Positions 35,825-47,970 of a stretch of DNA of 64,000 nt are shown one piece after another. The notes beneath the pieces were generated by a model that was not told where the DNA came from, searched no databases, and was given only the letters and a program-made list of their open reading frames with translations. Location: the NCBI GenBank assembly GCA_013115145.1, contig JAAPAO010000019.1:1-64000 (forward strand). The letters run 5' to 3'. The stretch's first letter is position 1. Each line of letters begins with the position of its first letter. The translations under genes were made by a program, and so were the position numbers. This stretch comes from Perkinsus chesapeaki ATCC PRA-425. Taxonomy: Eukaryota > Protista > Perkinsozoa.

Positions 35825-36400
35825 GTCATACCGCTCCCTTCTCTTATTATCATATCTTATATGGTCATACCGCTCCCTTCTCTTATTATCGTATCTTATA
35901 TGGTCATACCGCTCCCTTCTCTTATTATCGTATCTTATATGGTCATACCGCTCCCTTCTCTTANNNNNNNNNNNNNNNNNNNNNNNNNNNNNNNNNNNNN
36001 NNNNNNNNNNNNNNNNNNNNNNNNNNNNNNNNNNNNNNNNNNNNNNNNNNNNNNNNNNNNNNTCTTATATGGTCATACCGCTCCCTTCTCTTATTATCGT
36101 ANNNNNNNNNNNNNNNNNNNNNNNNNNNNNNNNNNNNNNNNNNNNNNNNNNNNNNNNNNNNNNNNNNNNNNNNNNNNNNNNNNNNNNNNNNNNNNNNNCT
36201 ATCTTATATGGTCATACCGCTCCCTTCTCTTATTAACGTATCTTATATGGTCATACCGCTCCCTTCTCTTATTAACGTATCTTATATGGTCATACCGCTC
36301 CCTTCTCTTATTATCGTATCTTATATGGTCATACCGCTCCCTTCCCTTATTATCGTATCTTATGTGGTCATACCGCTCCCTTCTCTTATTAACGTATCTT
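35825..36400. repeat. 39-bp minisatellite interrupted by two N gaps
   Basis: Unit GTCATACCGCTCCCTTCTCTTATTATCGTATCTTATATG; gaps at 35964..36062 and 36102..36198, so true copy number is unknown. Confidence 0.97.
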
Positions 36401-36528
36401 TTAGGGCACCGCTTCCCTCTTTATGTTTTAAAGTAGACAGGATGGACACAATTGTGCAACTCTGTCCCCATCAGCCTCCAAAGTCCCCCTATAGTATTCA
36501 GATAATAATTTTATACCACTGATTAAAC

Positions 36529-39500
36529 ATGTCGACAATCGCAGAGAAAGAAGACCAGAAGGCAGCCGCTGCCGAGGAGGTTCAAGAAGAGCCAGTCATC
36601 CTTCGTACACATGATATCTTTGGTAGGAGTACCTTGTGGATTTGTGTAGAGTTATTTTATATAAGGTGATGGCAATTGCGTTAAAGAAGTCACTCAAGAG
36701 GGCATTAGCGAGGATTGCCCTAAGCCTGGTGACGAGGTTGAGGTAAGATTCCGAGGTTGGAAGATACGCTAAGATATTTTTATGGTTAGGTTCATTACAC
36801 CGGCTGGCTTAAGGACACCGGTGAAGTTTTCGATTCCTCACGAAAGCGTGGAACACCTTTCAAGTTCACTATCGGCAAGGGACAGGTACCAATTCATACC
36901 GACTTTTCCTCAACTATTCTCGGAATAGGTCATAAAGGGCTGGGATGAAGGCGTTGCTACGATGCACCGACTCGAGCGAGCGATCTTCACTTTTAATCCC
37001 GACTATGGTTATGGCTCCATGGGCGCCGGGGCGGAGATACCTCCGAATTCATGGCTTAAGTTTGATATTGAACTACTTAGTTTCAAGCCGGGGAAGCCGT
37101 AAGTTGAGCTCGAAAATATCTTTTAAGGGTATCTTTCAGTGACAAGTGGAGCATGACCAAGCAAGAGAAGGTTGCCGCCGCATCGGCCTGCAAGGAGAAG
37201 GGAAATGCTGCATTCAAGGCGGGAGAGTAAGATCGGGACTGGGGGCCTACATAGCCTTATGATACCGAGTTCCTAGTGTGATAGAAACCTTGCTAGGAAA
37301 CCACTGGTGTGTAAGTGTAGCAACAGGTAGGGTTCTAGTGCAAGAATTAACGTCGAATTTAGTCCATCCGGAGATATATCATATCCTTGTATGGCTCCCT
37401 GGTTGAGCGTATCTTAGGTCGGATTGAGCTTTAGTGTATCAGTTACGAGGAAGCCTTGGAGCAATATAAGGAAGCTGTAGACTACTTCGAGCAGACTGGC
37501 TCTTGGACCGGTCCTGATAAGGAAGACAAGGACAAGGTTTTGCTATCATGTTATTTGAACATGTCAAAGTACTACTCGACGACTTTCCGTGGGAAATACG
37601 GTATAATTATTTCAGTACGTGCATGAAGATGATGGACTGGTATGCAGCTGTTGACTATGGCCAAAAGGCTGTTGAGATTGATGATGTAATAATGAATCAC
37701 AATATCATTAGCTTCTACACTTTCTAGCCAGTAGGATCTGGGAATCGGTTTATCGATTTTGTGGGGTAAACTCGCTTTATAGATTTCATGTGAGATTAAA
37801 ATAAAAAAAGTGGCGTCCATGCTGGTCTATCTCAGCAGCGATTTTTGTATCCCCCTGTTTTTAAAAATCCCATAATAACTCGTTTTACTAGTGGATGATG
37901 GTTTTGTGGCTCAGAAATCCACCAAGGCCCATTTCCGGTATGGCGCGGCATTGATGGAAGTTGCGTCATATAAGGAAGCTAAGGAGCAACTGATGATAGC
38001 AGCTAGAGCAGATCCTCAGAATAGGGAAATAAGGATGACACTGGCTGATTGTAAGAAGAGAGCAAAGGAGGTAATGCCAGGGAACAAGGAAAGCAATGCA
38101 GGCCGAATGGGCTCTAGTGAGTTAGTCTCGTAGGCTGTCTTCAGTTACCCTTTCTTAGTCTGTCTTCCGTTACCCTTTCTACGTCTGTCTTCAGTTAGTG
38201 CCTGTAGTTATTTTCTTTATTATAGGGTTATTGCCACTTCAATCTCTAAAGTCGTTTTCGGCTCTCAGTCATCATACAATCAGTGTCTATGGGCGAGACA
38301 ACCTTATTCTAAATTCGTGGCGCGTGAATTAAATATTCATTCTCTTACAGGCTTTGAACGATGAGAAGGCAGCTTTTGGAGCCATGTTTGGTCATAATCT
38401 CTACTCTGAGAAGGCTGATGTCGAGAAGCCTCCGGTTCATAATGTAGCTCAGTTGCCAAAGGCGTGGATGGATATCAAGGTAATACAGGGGAAGGGTCTT
38501 GTCTGTGCTTGGTGGTAAGTATTGGTTGAAATCGTGTATTATGTAGTCGAATCCTTAAAAATATAATACAGATGCTTTAATACAGTGAAACACATCTACT
38601 ATATCACAATATTAACATTAATAATGATGTTATTTCAACAATATATACAGTATTGTTGATGAGGTTTGGGTCTGAATGGGTATTCAAAACTTGCTTTGTA
38701 CAATGTACTGTTCCTTCCTAACATGGAATGTAGTGTAGAGAGTTATGTGGTGACTGATAGGGACTTCATTGTTACTATTTGCCACAGCTACCTCCTTGTT
38801 TTCGGTATTCTAGTGGAGTTTGCTCCATCTATCTTTCATTGCTATTACTACCTCTCCTGCTTAGTACTTAGCAGGTACTAAGTACTTGCTTTATTATATC
38901 TCCTTCAGGTTGGTACTGAAGAACCAAAGCGCATTAGATTCGCCCTTTACTCGGATACAGTACCGAAGACTGCTGAGAACTTCCTGGCTCTTTGCAGAGG
39001 TAAAGGGAGCAACGCCGTATAAGCGAATGAATGTTATTAAAGGTGATGCTGGTAAATGCAAGAGTAAGCCTGAAGTTGACTTGGCATACAAGGGATCGAC
39101 CTTCCATCGTGTGATCAAGGGCTTTATGATGCAAGGTGGTGACTTTACTAACGGAAACGGTACAGGTAAGCGCCGGTGGTTTTACACCGTTCAATACTTA
39201 GTAGCGGTATGGATATAATGCTTATTGGAGAAGTCATGAACATGTATCGCATGCCTGTGTCTCTTGGGCTTCATGCTCATCGTTAAGATTTTTATTCATT
39301 ATTTCTACCGTTCAAGCGGTCTTATTTTCTTTTCTTATCAGTTCGCTCTTATTGCATTCCTCATGCTTCCTCTGTTTTCTCGTATAGTGCCATTCTTCTC
39401 TTATTTTCTATTCTTACCGTAACGTCTTCACTTACTATCATCGCCAGCACTTTGCATAAACGGCAGCAAATCCGAAGGCTGACGGTCGTGGCGCGAACAT

Positions 39501-40278
39501 TCTGCTCCACGCTGGTGTATATGCTCGTCTGTAGTAGTTGTCCCTGTTCAGGTGGCGAGTCCATATACGGCGAGAAGTTCCCTGATGAAGGGTTCCGCGA
39601 TCACCACGTAAGATAATACTTCATTTGCCACTATTCAATTCTGTTATCCCCCAGACCAAGCGGGGTCTCCTCTCCATGGCCAACTCTGGTCCTAATACAA
39701 ACGGCTCACAGTTCTTTATCACATTCGCTCCTACACCTCATCTGGATGGAAAGTAAGTTTGGTAGACTACCTGCGAACTCCGTATGTGAGTCTCATTTGC
39801 CGTCGAATGATATGTTATATACCCTTCCCTTACCTGTATGATGGTCTCTTCAGTCTATATGCTGTGCGTGCACTCGAAATTGAAATTTTTCTTCGGATTG
39901 TTTTGGCAGCAATCTCGACGTGTACAACTTGCATGTCACCCCAATGCATATACGGTACTGCAACTCACTAGTCTTACTGTTAGGAATCTTTAGTCTTTGT
40001 ACTTCTTGCGCACTATGTATTATTGTAGGCACGTCGTCTTTGGTGAAGTGATAGACGGTGAAGATGTCCTCGAGGCAGTTGAGAATGTCCCTACAGACGC
40101 TCAGGTGAGCTTCGGTCATAAGGCAGTTTTTTTGGAGCTGTTTGACCAACGGCAAATCGTGTCATTGTGTCCCCACTTCTTTCCACTACGGCGGAATCTT
40201 GGTGTAGAAATCATTTCATTTCAGGATAAGCCAACGGTCGATGGAGGCGTCGTGATTGTCGACTGCGGAGTGGAGTAG
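36529..40278 (+). CDS. FCBP: Dual-family immunophilin: FKBP - TPR - cyclophilin fusion (FCBP-type PPIase)
   Basis: FKBP: VHYTGWL...FDSS...FKFTIGKGQ|VIKGWDEGV...YG...[14 protein letters not shown]. TPRs: [25 protein letters not shown]. Cyclophilin: [34 protein letters not shown]|[30 protein letters not shown]|HVVFGEV. Linked in frame by GT-AG introns. Confidence 0.93.
38133..38197. repeat. Short intronic tandem repeat, about 25-bp unit x2.6
   Basis: GTCTGTCTTCAGTTACCCTTTCTTA-like units inside an intron of the immunophilin gene. Confidence 0.8.
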
Positions 40279-41495
40279 GGATAATGCAACTATTGCATCC
40301 CTGACCGCGGCGGACTCGAGTTATCTCGAGCGATTACTAAGAAAGTGAAAACACTATTTCTCAAATACACTACTAGTTTCATATGTTACTCCTAAGTGCC
40401 AATCGACTTGTGTTAGTCACCCTATAGACTATTAGTGTGGTTTGAGTTGTACTATTGAATCCGATCTCATCTGGCATCAAGTGTCATTACCAGTGCACTC
40501 CCAAGATCCCAATTATTGTGGATTTGTTTGTTTCCTTAACTATTCTATATTGTAGTTTGCTATTCTCGACCTCAAAGTGTCGTTGCTCCTCGCACCTCAC
40601 AGAAAAACCGTAGTTGGCGCGTCGCCAGCCGGCGCAACGTCCCCCTCGAGCCGCGCACCAGATGGCACTAAACGGCGTCCTTGGTATGAAGCATTCGCGG
40701 AAAAAGTGCGGCCTGAAATGGGGTTATTAGTTCTCAAAGTTGCGGATCAGGATCAGCTTAATACGAGACAGGACTATGAAAAAAGATACGGACTTACACC
40801 GCTGCCGGGACGCCGCAGTTCAATAGACCCGCGGGTGAGATGTTCCACGATAGTGCAGCTAGACTCCACAAAGATTACATTTTCACTGTGTAGAGAGCCA
40901 TTTATATTATAAATAAACGATGAGAATTTAATGTACAGTCTCAGCAAACAGTTAAGCATTTGACTATGCAGTTGCTCTCAGCGATGAAATGAAATATTAA
41001 GCGAAATGCACGCGCTTTAGCATCTCACCGCCAGTCTTTGAACAACACGTTCATTGAGACAAGGAATCCTCAGGGGTTAAGTGATGGCAGCTAAGCTATT
41101 TACCAATATTACGTATCGCTGGAACTATTCAGGCCAAATCTCATAATTTTGGCCAAGTTAGCATCCCACACTGAATCCCGGTCTCTAAATAACCAGGTTC
41201 ATACGGCGCACTGCGACTTGTCCCTCGCCTGCCATATTGGCCAGCGAGAGGAAGGTCCCACTAAGTTAAATGACTCTTGGTCGCTATGATAGGAAAGCGT
41301 ATTGACTCTGTATTATGGATTGAATAGCATACGGGCTCATGCTCCTTGAAGACTTGGGTATTGTTGAAATTTCAGGCAGCCAGAGTCTCGCCCGAACAGA
41401 GACTGCTCCATAAAGTACCGAAACTGACACCCTCGGAGATACCCATCACGTGAGCCCACGCCATACGAGCCTGAAATCCCATTTTACTTAGCCGC

Positions 41496-42053
41496 GTGAG
41501 CCTGCCGAAAGACTACTACCTCCACAAGTTTATGCGCCATCCCATCACGGGAAGAATCACTCTTGGATGCGATCATCCTTGGTCCGACTTCACCATTGTT
41601 GACCTGAAAGCATCCGCTGCTAGAAGAGTTGCGAGCCCTCGGCTGGCCGCTAAAGGTCAGTTGGCGTGTCGGAACGTAGAGATATAACGCAAAGCAGGTG
41701 TGACGGAACCTATTCAGCTCGACACCGCGGTGATTTCCGAGATGTCTGCGGATCCATATTATTTTAAAGCCACTTTGCTGCCAATGAGTAACACTACTAT
41801 TACGACCATACTCCTCAAACTCGGCAGGGTCGTGGTATTTTACGAGTCTTATGGAGCTGAGCCACGCGGAGTGGTCGGCGAAAGTCGGGGAGAAGAGGCC
41901 GCCCAAACAGCACGAGATTCTCGTGCACGCCCTGAAGGCTCCGGTAGTCTGTCGTCTGCCCTGAGAACCTATGAGAACCTTCGCGGTTTCAGTTGGTTGA
42001 CACAAGAATTAAGTACGCTCGCGGGTCGCATAGTCCGGTTGTCGTGCTGGTAA
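41496..42053 (+). CDS. Hypothetical protein; 5' exons unresolved
   Basis: Two open segments joined in frame by a 42-nt GT-AG intron (about 41656..41697): ...RVASPRLAAK|GVTEPIQLDTAVISE...; no family recognised. Confidence 0.4.
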
Positions 42054-43961
42054 GAATAGCTTCCAAGCTTGGGTGACTTATCGCTCAGGCGCCACTGCTT
42101 TTCATCGCGAGGTTGGTATCGTCATCGTCTCTATATTCTAGCATGTAAGCTTCGTGTCAATTGGTGGCGACGTTTCCCTCCGCACAAAGACTCCACATGA
42201 GATCAATGTGACGCAGGTGTTGTCTAACTCCTCTTTGGCGAGTATAGTGGGCAGTGCATGTTGTTAATCTCACATGACTCGCAGTTCGATACGTCTACTA
42301 TTTACGGTCCAAGCAATTAAGCTCATGTACGGTTCCTCTGTTTTCCAGCTCGGCACCAGTACTGCAATGGTTGTCCATCCTGACATTCTTCTTGGCGCTC
42401 TGGTTCAGCGTCACCTTCAACAACTGCCACCAGTAGGGCAAAGTACAGCAGTTTCATCGAAGATTTCATTATTCCATTTCAGTTATCGCTTGCAAAGGTC
42501 CCTCTCGGCCCCTTTCCGGTGCCTCATATTGGCAGTTTGTCTGATCGAGCTGATGCATTCTGGGGTGGACATCCATACAGCCACGCAATATTCTTCTATC
42601 GATTTGTCAGGACTTGACTTCCTCCCTAGGAGCTTTCGAGATGGGGGCTATCGCCCTCACTGCATTGCTCCTCGTTATTGATATCATCATCGGTGATGTA
42701 GCTAATTTCGCATCAAGATGGACGAGCCGGTCTAGTCTGGAAGTTCTATCCGAGCTTCCTGGAAAAGTAACTAACTCCGCACATGCGTCGCTATGCAATG
42801 CTATCAGGTGTTCCTCTGCCGACGACTAGGGTCCCACAGTGGCCTGCCGCAGGGTGCCGGCAGCAAGTCTCAGCTGGTCGCATTTTCCGTCAGTTCGAAG
42901 ATCATCGGTGAATTGGGCGACATAATCTCCGTTGGAACTGGTCCTTGAGTAGGCACTCAGCTTGCGAGTAGTCCTCCAGCAGACCTCTGCATCGTGGCAT
43001 GCATTGAAGGCGCCCTTGTTGAGCTTACTCCGTTGCGACCTGAATATCTGAGGGTAGCCATGTTGGAACCATAGCAAGCAGCTTGGTGTTGTCAGAAACT
43101 GTCTGATGCTTGCAGAGGAATCATCATGACCAAGACCGAGTCTGTCCCTCCCGTTGTTCGCATGTAGGGAAGCAGCCTTACTATACGAATATGCTTACGT
43201 TAATAAGCCGTACTAAGGCTCATCAACGTCTGCTCTTTATAAGGAATATATTGGGTGTCTCTACAGATCTCTATATTATCTATAAATTATGAAGAAGATA
43301 TTTCCTCGAAACTCAATGGAGCGAACATTGTTGTTTAGAGAGTACAGCTGACGGAATGCAGTGTGCTCACTATCGCTGAGAAATGACAAGACAAGGAATA
43401 CTAGCAAGTTGGAGCCCAGGAATAATTTCAATTGAAATGATACCACATCCTCTTGGTGGCCATGTGTGACTCGGCCTAGGTCTATTAACATATCAGATCA
43501 AGCTTACATACAGATGTACAGGGAATATGATTCTATGCAGAGCAACTCGCTGCAGGCGTTATGGCGGTTTTCTTCAGAGTGTCAACAGAGACGTTTACTG
43601 CTACTGGTGGGCAACAAATGGCTGACGATCTGATGACGCTCGGTCCTAATAGGCGACTTGCCTTGAAGACAGGGAGTAAGTTGTTGCTATGAAAGCCATA
43701 AATACGATTAACAGGTATTGTGAACGTGCTGAAATGAGCTCATGCTGATCCACAGTGACTGGTATTTTCTGGTAATTGTATAACAAAAGTTGTATTGCGT
43801 CGAGTACACTGGAGTCACTGACGGGTCCAAGAGAACGTTGGAAAGTTCTTAGTAACGACAGGAGGAACTGAAACGCGAATCGGCACGTCGGGAGATAACG
43901 GCCTTCGTTCTCATCCGGGAAGCCCACCCGTGCAACAAAAACCGCATTTCCAAAGTTGACA

Positions 43962-45708
43962 ATGGGCTGTAGTTCATCGAGCCACCACGTAGCAGTACCG
44001 ACGCGTCAATCCGCCGCTCGAGAGCGGGGTCGACTCTACCGGGATGCTTCACGTAAATATCCAACTTGCCAGTCACTCCTTTGGAAGAAACATCATTAGT
44101 CTCGTCCTCGAGTAGCGAGAGCGAGAGCAGCGAGGAAAATGCAGAAAATCAGCATAGCAATGACAGGGATAAATGCGCGACTGATAAGCTTGCAGTAATC
44201 CGAGATAACCTGTGAAGAGTTGCAGGAACTTGGCAGAACACTGGGGCACAGTCGAGCGTGAGGGCAATCAGACGAATGGCTGCGGAGGCGAAAGAGATGC
44301 AGAAGAATGCAATAGAAGGAGTGAGCGCTCGTAAGAATGCAATAAGCTTGCGAGCTCCGAAGTGTCGTTATTAGACCCGGCATCACAGGACTCCTTACTC
44401 GAATGGGTGGGGTATATCAATGGCCCAAACGGTACACCATATGAGAGTGGCTCATTTGTACGTTCATTACGACAAGAGCTTTCCAGACATATTTTATCAA
44501 CGTGCAAAAGTCAGCATATTTATCAACGAAATTGGGTCTTTAGACTGCGCGTACTGTACGTGATTCTCGAATAAATGCCTATCAGAACGCTCATGTTGAG
44601 CGGCGTTTTTTTCTGGTATCGTTAGATATAAGTATATCGTTATATAGTTGATTGGTACGCTTCTATTGTGTACTTAGTACCCTTCGACAATCACTCGTTC
44701 ACTCACCATTCTGCCTTGTCACTACAACGCGTTGAATCAGGCGCGCTTGGAGAAGAGACTGCACCTGCAAGCATTTTTCTCTTCTTTGAAAACTCTTCAC
44801 CCCAAAAATCATCTCAATTTACACCATCCAATGTGAAGGCTTCGGAGTAGTTGATACTTTAGGTAATTGATATCGACATTCCGGTGGACTATCCTTTCAA
44901 GCCTCCTCGAATGCGATTTAGAACACCTATATGGCATCCTAATATAACTGGTGAGAGTTCATCCTTCAGTTGTCCGATCGGATACCGGAATATCTGTGCG
45001 TGATACGGTGACTGCTGGAGTGGCCAATCTGGCGTTACGGTACCAGAAAATGCCAAAGGTCGGCGACCTTTTCTTTTTCGAAAAAATATGGCTTGTGTGC
45101 TTACTCACCCCCAGCAAGGGCTATTCGGAGAGGAGCTTTTTGACTCTAGCCTTGTGGACTCGTTGTCTTTCAGACGCATGAATCTATGGGTCTTACTCTA
45201 CGCGTGGGATGTGATATATTCTGGGCCCAACAGTATCCTACTAATCGAGACCGTTGTCATGCTACTTCAGGTGATGGTCGAGGAAAAATTTGTATGGACA
45301 TTCTCAAAGCCGAGCATTGGTCTGCCTTGCTCACTTTGCAAACGGTTCTGCTCTCCCTAGTTAGTCTCCTAGCTGATCCTAATACAGGAGATCCTCTAAA
45401 TGTCGAGGCAAGCGATGAGCTGGAACAGTAAGAACTGTCGAATCAAAGTGGCCCGTGCATGATCCTAGCTTCCCCGAAATCTTCGAGGCCAAGGCGAAAG
45501 AATGGACCAGTAAATACGCTTCGCATCGGAAGGTGGTGGCGAGAAGACCCTGCCGAGATGACGAGGACGGGAACGCGTATCTGCAATGCAAGTCTGGGTT
45601 TTGGTGGGTTGCATAGGAGTTTGATTCCCAGGCGACCCAAATGGGCAAGTTATTGACGAAGATGAGGCGGTACTGGCTGCAATCAGCCGTTCACTCAAAC
45701 AACGTTAG
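43962..45708 (+). CDS. Ubiquitin-conjugating enzyme E2 with a C-terminal UIM and a probable MGCxxS N-terminal extension
   Basis: Core: AIRRMAAEAKEMQ, EWVGYINGPNGTPYESG, IPVDYPFKPPRMRF.TPIWHPNI, GKICMDILKAEHWS, LLADPNTGDPLN, FEAKAKEWT. Last exon DEDEAVLAAISRSLKQR* via GC-AG intron 45588..45631. The E2 core is secure; linkage of the first exon (ATG 43962) is less so. Confidence 0.8.
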
Positions 45709-47970
45709 TATCGAGCCGAGCTTGACGTATTGCGTTGAAGAATAGCCTCAACTTGTCCTAGAAGCGGCCTGCACCAACTTTGAATTAACGTTGAATAGCT
45801 CTGAACTAATGTGAGCTTTAGAACACTTCGGATTTCGCCCTGTCAACCTAGCTTCAGCCCAAGGTGGTATTGGTAGAAACAAGCTCGCGTGTTCTGGACT
45901 ATACAACTCTGACACGATACTGCGAATCTTAGACCGAAAAGGTCGAAAAACAAATACCGGTGATAAGGAGCATTCGTCATCTCATGTAGTTCTCTGCGTC
46001 GTTCTAGGGCCGAAAAATGTCTGAATAGGAATCTCAACTTTCAGCCTCTCCGGTTGGCGAACTATCAACTCGAGTCAACGCAGTAGCCCCATGTCGTCAC
46101 TAGCTTGGTGTGACCGAGTCGGTTATACTAAGCTTTGAATGGAAGGTTAAACTTCACTGGGTCGAGTGGCGAAACGCAAGTTGGTGAATAGAAGACTCAC
46201 GATTGAGTTCAGGCATGCTCTATGCTTTCCCCCTCCACTTCTATGGACGTAGAGAGAAAGCAACACACCAATACCAATATCCGTGATGGATGCTCTGTAA
46301 CATTCGTGAAGATCAATACAGCAAAGGAAATAAATACTTTTGATTATATAGTTTGGGAATGTCTCTGAATGTCCGTGGACCAATATTCAGGTCCTGTTGG
46401 AACAGGGCAAGCTAAGACATGTTGTCGTCTCACAAGGCCTCCCTTCCCTGAAAGCAATCGAGCTGACTAGATACCGAGTCGCTGAGGTACATGGAATAGA
46501 TGAAATGTATTTGGGAGTTTATTTAGGCTCCTCTCGCACGAGAGCTTCGTACGCGAGACCCTCGAAGACTAATATGGAAGGTGGAATTCGGCAACCTGCA
46601 GCGCGATAATGATAGGAGTGAACACTTAGCTTGCACGAGCTTAACATGACTGTCCCAGAAATACTATACCGAATCAAGGCGGTGCGATCACTCTCAGAAG
46701 TGGCCCTTCTACGGTTATGGGAACAAATCACAGCTAGTACGTTTCAACCTCGGGCTGAAGAACGGTTGAGAACTACCCACCGTAATTGCTACATCAGTGC
46801 CGTCGGATTTTTGGACTGCCGGATGGATGACATACTCGGAGCTATTTGCCTTGTGGATTTTGACTGGCAATCTTGATTGGAGAGGGACGCTTAAGTACAG
46901 CATAGAAAAGAAACTCTTCAAAGTACTCATCTGAACTAGTCGTGGTAACGGTCTTTGGCAGCTTCACGAGCAAAGGGAAAAGAACGAAAGTTCGACCAAT
47001 TCGCCGGCACGCCCACAAGTTGCAGAATCGCCAATGGTGAGTGAGCTTGCTATTATGGCTCATGCAACCCACACAAGGTCCCAGGAAACAGCGGCAATCA
47101 TGCAAGGACGTCTGCCGCCCTCACCCGAGAAGCTGCAACTGCGGTAGCTGGCGTTGTGCGAGGAGGAGCTGCTCGCCATGCTGGGGCGCTCGCTGCTTTT
47201 GGGGTTGAGGCTGTGGTGTTCGCGAGAGAGTAAGGTCTCTCACATGTACAGTATTTTAAGCTCCACTAAATTGTAGATTCAGAGAGTCCGCGGGGCGCCG
47301 GGTCAGTGGGGAAATCTCCGAGCACACACATATAGCGAATGTCTCCAAAGCGGGTATATCCGCTTCGAGCAGAGCCCTAGGCAGCTTGGCGGGCTGTGGC
47401 CTGGGCCAGGCAGCTCTCCCAATACCAGTAAGATGGGACGTTGATAAGTTAACTATCAGTTTACTAGATTGTTGGAGCTGTCGTCGGTGGGCTTATTGGT
47501 GGCCTTGCCGGTGGTGAACTCTCAAATAGTCTCACAAGAACTGCTATGACTTTAACAGGGGAAAGGACCCAGACGTCGGAGTCTCCTGGGAACACTCATG
47601 TCAAGCATGCGCCTGACGAAGATGATTCTGATTTATTGTGAAGTTTCAAACTTTCCTCGACTTGGGCTTCAGAGATCAATAGACGACGTCAGTCAAAGGT
47701 GAACATCACTTTTAACCTGTCGCCGCTTCCGATGCCGGCAGAGTTGTCTCGGACAAGACAGTCATGATTCGATAAGACTTTTCTAATAGCTTCATGTATC
47801 CCATATTTTTTTGGCGCATTTAACCAGGCTGTGGAGGGAAAATCCATTTGAGGAGAACCTTGGAGTTGTGGCCCTCACAAGGATACTGTGGGACTCGCTA
47901 AGCCATACCCATTAAAAACCCCCAGAGGCCAGGCCCATGAGGCAAACGTCTAAATAGATCCAAGCCCCTG

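Noticed and set aside
35787-36522. Long repetitive ORFs in three frames
   Set aside because: Products of a 39-bp (3n) minisatellite and N gaps; same for the ORFs at 25820-26199.
43050-43070. Spliced-leader relic (GTAGCCAT core); similar partial matches near 14698 and 63166
   Set aside because: Only 8-12 nt match the 21-22-nt perkinsid/dinoflagellate leader, with no leader-RNA context; expected by chance.
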